Positions 26,158 through 32,872 of a stretch of 64,000 bases of DNA are shown one piece after another. The notes beneath the pieces are model-generated. The model was not told the origin of the DNA. It made no database searches and saw nothing but the letters and a program-made list of their open reading frames with translations. Location of the stretch: assembly GCA_041496705.1 (NCBI GenBank), contig JBGQFD010000004.1, positions 6,321 through 70,320 of the forward strand, in the 5' to 3' direction. This DNA comes from Gammaproteobacteria bacterium. Its GTDB lineage: Bacteria > Pseudomonadota > Gammaproteobacteria > Burkholderiales > SG8-39. Numbering within the stretch: the stretch's first letter is position 1; each line of letters starts with the position of its first letter. Both the position numbers and the translations under genes were made by a program.

Positions 26158-27393
26158 ATGTCTTCAGTCTTGGAATCGCGTGTCTGGCCGGCCGAAGGCC
26201 TGACCCGCGTTCCCTACTGGATATACCAGGACGAGAGCATCTACCAGCGCGAGCAGGAGCGCATCTATCGCGGCGACGCCTGGAATTTCCTCGGGCTCGA
26301 CGCCGAGCTGCCGGAGCCCGGCGACTTCAAGACGACTTTCGCGGGCGAGATGCCGGTGGTGGTGACCCGCGACGAATCGGGCGCAATCCGCTGCTTCGAG
26401 AACCGCTGCGCGCACCGCGGTGCGCTCCTTTGCCTCGCGGACCGCGGCAACGCCAAAGAGATCGCCTGCGTCTATCACAACTGGACCTACGATCTGCGCG
26501 GCAACCTCACCGCGGTCGCGTTCCGCCGCGGCGTAGGGGGCAAGGGCGGCATGCTTCTCGATGCCGAGCCGGAGAGCCAGGCACCGCAGAAATTCCGCGT
26601 CGAGACCTTCTGCGGCCTGATGTTCGCGACGCTCTCCGACAAGACGCCGCCGGTCGAGCGCTACATCGGCCCCGAGGTCGCAGGGCGCATCCGTCGCGTG
26701 ATGAAGGAACCCGTGAAGATCCTCGGCGGCTATACCCAGGTGCTGCAGAGCAACTGGAAGCTCTATTTCGAGAACGTGAAGGACACCTACCACGCGAGCC
26801 TCCTGCACCTTTTTTTCTCGACCTTCCGCCTGAATCGCCTCGAGCAGAAGGGCGGGGTGATCGTCGGTGGCGAGGGCGGCAGCCACGTCAGCTACACCAT
26901 GATGCGCTCGAACCAGACCGGCGACGAGTACGAAAAGGCCGGCATGCGCTCGGCGAGCGGCGGCTACGCGCTGCAGGCGCCGCAGATGCTCGAGTCGGTC
27001 GACGAGATCGGCGACGGCGTCACGCTGCAGATCCTCACCGTGTTCCCGGGATTCGTGCTGCAGCAGATCATGAACTCGCTTGCCGTGCGCCAGGTGCTGC
27101 CGAAAGGCGTGGGCCGCACCGAGCTCGTGTGGACCTGCTTCGGCTACGCGTCGGACGACGCGAAGATGCAGGAACTGCGCATGAAGCAGTCGAACCTCGT
27201 CGGCCCCGCGGGCTACATCTCGCTCGAGGACGGTGCCGCGACCGGGTTCGTCCAGCGCGGCGTGGCGGGCGCCGCGGCGCGCGCCTCGGTCGTGGAAATG
27301 GGCGGGCGCGAAGTTGCCTCGAACGAATCGCGCGTCACCGAGACCTCTGTCCGCGGGCTATGGCAGCAGTACCGCAAGCACATGGGCCTCTGA
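26158..27393 (+). CDS. Rieske ring-hydroxylating dioxygenase large (alpha) subunit, terephthalate dioxygenase TphA2 / salicylate 5-hydroxylase-like
   Basis: Start set to ATG 26158. CAHRGALLC...CVYHNWTYD Rieske pairs. NWKLYFENVKDTYHASLLHLFFSTFRLNRLEQKGGVIV and VFPGFVLQQIMNSLAVRQ match TphA2 as I recall it. Confidence 0.85.
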   Translation: MSSVLESRVWPAEGLTRVPYWIYQDESIYQREQERIYRGDAWNFLGLDAELPEPGDFKTTFAGEMPVVVTRDESGAIRCFENRCAHRGALLCLADRGNAKEIACVYHNWTYDLRGNLTAVAFRRGVGGKGGMLLDAEPESQAPQKFRVETFCGLMFATLSDKTPPVERYIGPEVAGRIRRVMKEPVKILGGYTQVLQSNWKLYFENVKDTYHASLLHLFFSTFRLNRLEQKGGVIVGGEGGSHVSYTMMRSNQTGDEYEKAGMRSASGGYALQAPQMLESVDEIGDGVTLQILTVFPGFVLQQIMNSLAVRQVLPKGVGRTELVWTCFGYASDDAKMQELRMKQSNLVGPAGYISLEDGAATGFVQRGVAGAAARASVVEMGGREVASNESRVTETSVRGLWQQYRKHMGL

Positions 27394-27397
27394 GCGG

Positions 27398-27874
27398 ATG
27401 GACGCCGCGCTGCAGCTCGCGGTGGAGAACCTCCTCGCGCGCTACGTCCACGCCATCGACGACGACCGGCTGGAGAACTGGCCCGGCTTCTTCACCGAGA
27501 ACGGCCGCTACCGCATCACCACCGCGGAGAACCACGAGCGCGGCCTGCCGCTGTCCATCATCTACGCCGATTCGCGCGCGATGCTCGCCGACCGCGTCTC
27601 GGCGCTGCGGCATGCCAACATCTACGAGGCGCAGCGCTACCGGCACACCGTGTCGTCCACACTCGTAGAGCGGGTGGATGCCGATACCGCGCGCGCGACT
27701 TCGAACTTCCAGGTCGTGCGCATCATGCACACGGGGGAGTCGATACTTTTTGCGAGCGGGCGGTACCTTGATCGAATTCTCCTGAAGGGCGAAGGTGGGG
27801 AGACGATGTTCGAGGAGAGGGTCGTTGTGCTCGACAGCCGCGCGATTGATACGCTGCTGGCGATTCCGATCTAA
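27398..27874 (+). CDS. Ring-hydroxylating dioxygenase small (beta) subunit (NTF2-like)
   Basis: ATG 27398 lies 4 nt after the alpha stop. LLARYVHAIDDDRLENWPGFFTENGRYRI...YEAQRYRHTVS is the typical beta-subunit pattern. Confidence 0.85.
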   Translation: MDAALQLAVENLLARYVHAIDDDRLENWPGFFTENGRYRITTAENHERGLPLSIIYADSRAMLADRVSALRHANIYEAQRYRHTVSSTLVERVDADTARATSNFQVVRIMHTGESILFASGRYLDRILLKGEGGETMFEERVVVLDSRAIDTLLAIPI

Positions 27875-28018
27875 TTCAGCGTAATTGTCTAAGCGTCACA
27901 TGCCCGACCGGTGTTGGGCGGGCTGCATCACGAGTATTCGCTCGTGGCTGGCCGGCTGATCCGTCGCGGTCGGCGCCTGGGGACCCGGTTCGCGTCCCCG
28001 CGCTTGCGGCGTTGCGCT

Positions 28019-29179
28019 TCACCGCACGAACTGCCCGTGCGATCCGACCACGACCACGTCGACGAAGCGCGAGCCCTGGTGGCTCTCCGCCGTGTAGCTG
28101 ACGGTCAGGCCGCCCAGGTCGTAGCCGTGCATCGATTCGAGCGCGGAGATGAGGCCCTCACGCGTGAGTCTTCTCCCGGCGCGGCGCAGCGCCTCGACCA
28201 GCACCTTGGCGTTGATGAATCCCTCCAGGCTGCTGAACGAGGGCTCGGTTTGCGGCGCATTGATCTTCAGCGTGTCGCGGTATTCGTGCACGATCGGCGT
28301 CACTTCGAACCAGGGAAACGGCACAACCTGCGTGAAAATCAGTCCTGCAGCATCGCCGCCTAACAGCCGCACCATCTGCTGCGCGCCCGAATTGACCGCG
28401 AGAAACTGCGTTTGGCTGCCCTGCTTCTTGGCCGCACGAATGATGTCCGCGTATTGGCCGTACGAGCCATGGTTGAGCACGGCTTCAACGCGCGCCTTCG
28501 CGATCTCCTCGGCGATCTTGGCGGGATCGAACGCGTCCTTGCCCGATGGCAGCGGCAACGCGAGAGCCAGCTCGACGCCGTAGCGATCGGCAAGACGGCG
28601 AACGTTTGCGAGATGCTTCCGCCCGGTCTCGCTGTCCGAGTGGATGAAGCCGATTCTCTTGCGGCCGAAGACCGCCGCGTATCCCACGAGCTTGTCGAAC
28701 TCGTCGAGGTGAGCCGCGCGGATCGGGAAGGAGAAGGGGTTGAAAGGCTCGCGCAGCTCCGGCGAGCCTCCGGCGCAGCCCACGACCGGGACGCGAAGCT
28801 CGCCTGCCAGCGTCGTTGCCACAACGCAGGGGCCTCCTTCTGCGCCGGAGAAGAGGGCGATAGCCCTCTGCTCGAGGATGAGCTTGCGCGCGTTCTCCTG
28901 GGCTCGCTTGGAATCTCCGGCGTCATCGAGCGTGACGAGCGTCAACTTGCGACGGTGCACTCCGCCGCTGCGGTTGACCTTGTCGAAGTAGACTTGGGCG
29001 CCCAGCGTGAGCGCCCGGCCGTGCTCGCCGACGCCGCCGGACAGCGCGACCGTCTGGCCGATCGTCACCTGGGCGTCGGTGATACCCTGCGCGAATGCTT
29101 CGCAAGCGAGGAACACGAGGAAACCTGCCAGCGCAGGGCCGGCCCGGTGGCGTGTTCGAGATCTGGCGGTTGGGTTCAT
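28019..29179 (-). CDS. LivK-type (branched-chain amino acid/amide) ABC substrate-binding protein, orphan
   Basis: ATG 29179 after AGGAGG. Signal ...LVFLACEAFAQG, then VTIGQTVALSGGVGEHGRALTLGAQVYFDKVNRSGGVHRRKLTLVTLDDAGD. No permease or ATPase genes adjacent. Confidence 0.8.
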   Translation of the reverse strand: MNPTARSRTRHRAGPALAGFLVFLACEAFAQGITDAQVTIGQTVALSGGVGEHGRALTLGAQVYFDKVNRSGGVHRRKLTLVTLDDAGDSKRAQENARKLILEQRAIALFSGAEGGPCVVATTLAGELRVPVVGCAGGSPELREPFNPFSFPIRAAHLDEFDKLVGYAAVFGRKRIGFIHSDSETGRKHLANVRRLADRYGVELALALPLPSGKDAFDPAKIAEEIAKARVEAVLNHGSYGQYADIIRAAKKQGSQTQFLAVNSGAQQMVRLLGGDAAGLIFTQVVPFPWFEVTPIVHEYRDTLKINAPQTEPSFSSLEGFINAKVLVEALRRAGRRLTREGLISALESMHGYDLGGLTVSYTAESHQGSRFVDVVVVGSHGQFVR

Positions 29180-29312
29180 AGCCCTCCTGGCAGCGTAACG
29201 ATCCAAGACCCGGTACCTCCAATGCAGGAAACACCTTCTCTGCTACGCATATTCCCCTGCTACGCCTATTTCGTTACAAGGAAGTGACGGAAGTCCCGGC
29301 GTTCATAAGTCC

Positions 29313-29370
29313 CTACAAAGAGAAGTCGTGGAAACCCTTACAAGACTTCGGGAAAACCCCTACAAGACTC
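29313..29370. repeat. Three tandem iteron-like copies of CCYTACAAGA-type motif at 22-25 nt spacing, plus a fourth at 29274
   Basis: cCCTACAAAGAGAAGTCG (29313), CCCTTACAAGACTTCG (29335), CCCCTACAAGACTC (29357); also gTTACAAGGAAGT (29274). CTGCTACGCaTATT / CTGCTACGCcTATT at 29240 and 29257. Confidence 0.6.
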
Positions 29371-29441
29371 AAAGCCAATGCTCGGACCGGAGCATGCCTT
29401 GGTAAGAGCACGCGATCCGCGCCATGCGTGCCTGCACGCGC

Positions 29442-29480
29442 ACTGCACACACGTCCAGTATAGGGCTGTGTGTGTGCAGT
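29442..29480. promoter_or_regulatory. Perfect 11-bp inverted repeat ACTGCACACAC / GTGTGTGCAGT with 17-nt spacer, about 70 nt upstream of the CsgG-like gene
   Basis: Read directly. Adjacent palindrome GCGTGCctGCACGC at 29426-29439. Confidence 0.55.
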
Positions 29481-29546
29481 TCCGTTTGTGCTAGCCTGGC
29501 CCCTTCAATCTGCACTATCATCGCATCCAGGAAGGTGAGGGGTGTC

Positions 29547-30224
29547 ATGTCTCGATGTCTCATCACTGCAATTGCAACCGCGGTCCTTCTCGAGGTGTGC
29601 GGTTGCGCCACGGAATCTTCGCGCAGCGTCCAAGTAGCCAAGGTGGACTCTGCAGCCACGCCATTTCGTGGCACACGAGTTCCTATCTCCGTGGGCAAGT
29701 TCGACAATCGTTCGGGCTTCATGCGGGGCATCTTCACCGATGGCGTGGACCGCCTCGGCAGCCAAGCCAAAACGACGCTGATTTCCCACCTGCAGCAGTC
29801 CCAGCGCTTCAACGTGTTGGACCGTGAGAACCTCGCGGAAACCAAGCAGGAAGCCCAGTTCAAGTCTCAGAACCAATCCATTCGTGGGGCGGATTTCGTC
29901 GTCACGGGCGACATTTCCGAGTTTGGCCGCAAGGAGGTCGGCGATCGACAGCTGTTCGGTCTTCTTGGCCGCGGCAAGACGCAAGTCGCGTATGCCAAGG
30001 TGACTCTGAACATCGTCAATAGTCTGTCTTCGGAGGTGGTTTTTTCGGCGCGCGGTGCTGGCGAATATGAGTTGTCCAATCGCGAGGTGGTTGGCTTTGG
30101 AGGCACCGCGAGCTATGACGCAACTCTCAACGGTAAGGTACTTGATCTCGCCATGCGCGAGGCTGTGAACAATCTCGTCAACGCGCTTGACGGTGGGCAG
30201 TGGTCCGCGCAAGGGGCGCGGTAG
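29547..30224 (+). CDS. CsgG/HfaB-family outer-membrane lipoprotein (curli-secretion-channel fold)
   Basis: ATG 29547 after GGAAGGTGAGGGG. Lipoprotein-like signal ...LLEVCGC. VGKFDNRSG...LGSQAKTTLISHLQQSQRFNVLDRENL...DFVVTGDISEFG...VTLNIV matches the CsgG family pattern. Confidence 0.8.
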   Translation: MSRCLITAIATAVLLEVCGCATESSRSVQVAKVDSAATPFRGTRVPISVGKFDNRSGFMRGIFTDGVDRLGSQAKTTLISHLQQSQRFNVLDRENLAETKQEAQFKSQNQSIRGADFVVTGDISEFGRKEVGDRQLFGLLGRGKTQVAYAKVTLNIVNSLSSEVVFSARGAGEYELSNREVVGFGGTASYDATLNGKVLDLAMREAVNNLVNALDGGQWSAQGAR

Positions 30225-30238
30225 CAGTCGCGGCTGCG

Positions 30239-30607
30239 ATGAAAAGTTCCCACCCGCTGAGGCTGGGTGCCGCGATCGTTATAGGCAGCATCCTCGTAGG
30301 ATGTGCGCCGGCGCCGACGCGGCTGTACCACTGGGAAGGCTTCCAGGGCCAGCTGTACGAGTATTTCAAGGCCGATAGTTCGAGTCCCGAGGATCAGCTA
30401 CGCATCCTGGATGCGCAGGCGCAAAAGGCCCGAGCAAGCGGTGCAGCCTTGCCCCCCGGGTTCCGGGCCCATCTCGCCATGATTTACCTTCGACTCGGAC
30501 GAGACGGCGAGGCAAAGCAGGAACTCGAAGCCGAGAAGGCGAACTTCCCCGAGTCCGCGCAGTACATGGATTTCTTGCTCAAGCGAATGACGGCCCCGAA
30601 ATCCTGA
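30239..30607 (+). CDS. DUF4810-family lipoprotein
   Basis: Lipobox ILVGC. LYHWEGFQGQLYEYFK...LPPGFRAHLAMIYLRLGRDGEAKQELEAEKANFPESAQYMDFLLKRM matches the DUF4810 pattern as recalled. Confidence 0.75.
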   Translation: MKSSHPLRLGAAIVIGSILVGCAPAPTRLYHWEGFQGQLYEYFKADSSSPEDQLRILDAQAQKARASGAALPPGFRAHLAMIYLRLGRDGEAKQELEAEKANFPESAQYMDFLLKRMTAPKS

Positions 30608-30635
30608 GTCCGGGCGCTCATTTGCGCGACATCTT

Positions 30636-31322
30636 ATGACGATAAGCGCATTTTCCCTGGGCACGGCGGTGACGCGTTGGAGCCAACTGGCTGCATCTTT
30701 AGTTGTAGTCGCCGCGCTGGGTGCGTGTGCCACGCCCTCGCCCTACGACTACACCGCGTTTAAGCAGAACCGGCCGGTTTCAATGCTCGTGCTTCCGCCC
30801 GTCAATGAAACTCCGGAGGTCACCGCGACCTACGGCGTGCTTTCGCAAGTGACGATGCCCCTCGCAGAGGCGGGTTATTACGTGGTGCCGGTGTCGCTGA
30901 TGGACGAGACCTTCCGTCAGAATGGACTCAACAACCCGACGGAGATCCACGACGTGTCGCCGCGAAAGCTGCGCGAAATCTTCGGTGCCGATGCGGCGGT
31001 CTACATCAAAGTGACGCGGTACGGCACAAGCTACGCCGTCATTTCCAGCGAAACCCGGGTCACTGCCCAGGCTCGCATTGTGGATTTGCGAACCGGGCAG
31101 TTGCTCTGGCAGGGTAGTGCTACCGCTTCGTCAAGCGAAAACAGAAACCAAAGCCAGGGCGGCTTGGCGGGGTTGTTAGTCAATGCGCTAGTCACGCAGA
31201 TCGTTGAAACGGTCTCCGACACCACCTTCAAGTATGCAGCCATCGCGAGCCAGCGGCTGCTTTCGCACAGGACGAACGGTGTGCTCTATGGACCTCGTTC
31301 GCCGAACTATCAGACAGACTGA
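30636..31322 (+). CDS. DUF799-family lipoprotein (GNA1162-like)
   Basis: Lipobox ALGAC. YDYTAFKQNRPVSMLVLPPVNETPEV...AEAGYYVVPVSLMDETFRQNGL...VTRYGTSYAVISSETRVTAQARIVDLRTGQLLW closely follows the Neisseria GNA1162/DUF799 pattern as recalled. Confidence 0.8.
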   Translation: MTISAFSLGTAVTRWSQLAASLVVVAALGACATPSPYDYTAFKQNRPVSMLVLPPVNETPEVTATYGVLSQVTMPLAEAGYYVVPVSLMDETFRQNGLNNPTEIHDVSPRKLREIFGADAAVYIKVTRYGTSYAVISSETRVTAQARIVDLRTGQLLWQGSATASSSENRNQSQGGLAGLLVNALVTQIVETVSDTTFKYAAIASQRLLSHRTNGVLYGPRSPNYQTD

Positions 31323-31480
31323 TCGCGGATCGCACCGTGCCGTCCGCGCCGGCCGATCCATGGTGGTCCGCCGTCGCCCGGGACCATTCGAGGTAAGCGC
31401 CGGCGTGAATCGCCGGTAAGAGCGCGGAGGCCCGGCGGACATTGACGAAGGCAGTTGAAATTCCCGTCCGGAGACCGTCA

Positions 31481-32356
31481 TTACATCCCGCACGCTGCAA
31501 ACACACCTACGCTCAATCTACCGTTCGCCGCAACTTCCCACCAATTCCCGTCCAGATCACTGAACGTAAACGACGTCTGTGTATCCCGCTGCCTTACTTC
31601 CTCCAGCGCGGTGATTCCCGCAGCCTTGCCCGCGGCCGCAAACTCCCGGTGCGCTTCCAGCACTTCCGCCGCCGAAGCGACGGTCAGGGTGAACCGGTTC
31701 ATCGCAGACAAGAACTTCCGCCGTTTGGGAATGGGCAGGACGACGATGTACCACGGCGTGGCAGGGTGCTTGATGTAGGAGGAGATCCTGCCGCCGCCGA
31801 CGATCTGCAATCCCAGCGCGTCGCGGTAGAACCGGACGCTCGCTTCCTTGTCGTCGCATTCCAGGGTCCCGTGGGTGAGTGCCTGGGGAATGTAGCCGCG
31901 TCCTGGAAAATCACTTTCAGACAATAGACGGTCCCAATGCGGCGCGGCGATGGAGCGCCCTTCGGCCGCGGCGCGGGGATCGTAGTACTCGATCTCCAGG
32001 GTGTTGCCGCCCGGCTCGCCCAGATAAATCGACCGCGCGAAATGGGTCGAATGCGGCTTCATCAGCCGCTTGATCCCGTACCTCTCCCGGTTCGCGTCGA
32101 TGTACGCGAAGGCCGCCTCCACTTCCTCGGGGTTCGCCACGCGGACGCCGTAATGGTTGTTGTGCGGTTTGTCGGGCGCGTCCGGCCCGCCTTCGTGGAC
32201 GACGAGTTGCCACGCAGTGTTCGGATGCCGCAGGACGGCGCAGCCGTCGCTGCGCTCGACGACCTGCATAGCCAAGAGGTCGGTGAGCACGGGAAGCGTC
32301 TCGTCCAGGGCCCGGCATTCGTAGTGGCCGTGGGTCAGGCCGACGGGTTTCAGCAT
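31481..32356 (-). CDS. Two-domain VOC (glyoxalase/bleomycin resistance/extradiol dioxygenase) superfamily protein
   Basis: Duplicated beta-alpha-beta-beta-beta modules: LTHGHYECRALDETLPVLTDLL... and LTHGTLECDDKEASVRFYRDALGL... Confidence 0.72.
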   Translation of the reverse strand: MLKPVGLTHGHYECRALDETLPVLTDLLAMQVVERSDGCAVLRHPNTAWQLVVHEGGPDAPDKPHNNHYGVRVANPEEVEAAFAYIDANRERYGIKRLMKPHSTHFARSIYLGEPGGNTLEIEYYDPRAAAEGRSIAAPHWDRLLSESDFPGRGYIPQALTHGTLECDDKEASVRFYRDALGLQIVGGGRISSYIKHPATPWYIVVLPIPKRRKFLSAMNRFTLTVASAAEVLEAHREFAAAGKAAGITALEEVRQRDTQTSFTFSDLDGNWWEVAANGRLSVGVFAACGM

Positions 32357-32406
32357 GCGGTAAAGCTTACCTCCTTCGGGGTTGTTCTTCCCGCCGGAGC
32401 CCCCAT

Positions 32407-32420
32407 TTGACCAGGGTCAA
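32407..32420. promoter_or_regulatory. FNR-type box TTGACcaggGTCAA upstream of hsp20-lon (shared with the divergent VOC gene)
   Basis: Read directly. Centre is 53 nt upstream of ATG 32467. Confidence 0.65.
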
Positions 32421-32466
32421 GCCGCGGGGGAATGGCTCCCGGCAAACTTGAGTCCAAGGGACTTGC

Positions 32467-32868
32467 ATGACATATCGCTATCCACGGTCATGGGTGTGGG
32501 CCGAAGCGCTGGAGCTGCTCCGAGGCGCGGAGAGGTTGCAGCGTCAGGTCTTCCAGATCGGCGCGGCTGAAGCGCCGGGCTGGGAGCCGCCCGTCGACCT
32601 CTACGAGACGGGCGAGGGGCTTACGCTCTGTGTTGCGCTTCCCGGCGTCGCGGCGAATGAACTCGAGGTCTCTCTCGAATCCGGAAGCGTCGCGGTTCGT
32701 GGCGAGCGCGCCTTCCGCGTGGAGTATCAGCGCGCCATTATCTACCGGCTGGAAATTCCCTATGGCCGCTTCGAGCGCCGCATCGCGCTGCCTGCCGGCC
32801 AGTACCAGGTCGTCGATCAGCGACTGGAGAACGGCTGCTTGACGCTCGACTTGCGAAGGCTGGGGTAA
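32467..32868 (+). CDS. Hsp20/alpha-crystallin family small heat-shock protein
   Basis: WEPPVDLYETGEGLTLCVALPGVAANELEVSLESGSVAVRGER...FERRIALP...ENGCLTLDL is an alpha-crystallin domain. Confidence 0.85.
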   Translation: MTYRYPRSWVWAEALELLRGAERLQRQVFQIGAAEAPGWEPPVDLYETGEGLTLCVALPGVAANELEVSLESGSVAVRGERAFRVEYQRAIIYRLEIPYGRFERRIALPAGQYQVVDQRLENGCLTLDLRRLG

Positions 32869-32872
32869 GGAC

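Noticed and set aside
24276-27668. 1130-aa plus-strand ORF spanning the PdxA-like, Bug and Rieske genes
   Set aside because: The translation is Arg/Gly/Ala/Asp low-complexity with no motifs. It runs antisense to two well-supported genes and out of frame with a third. This is a typical high-GC shadow ORF.
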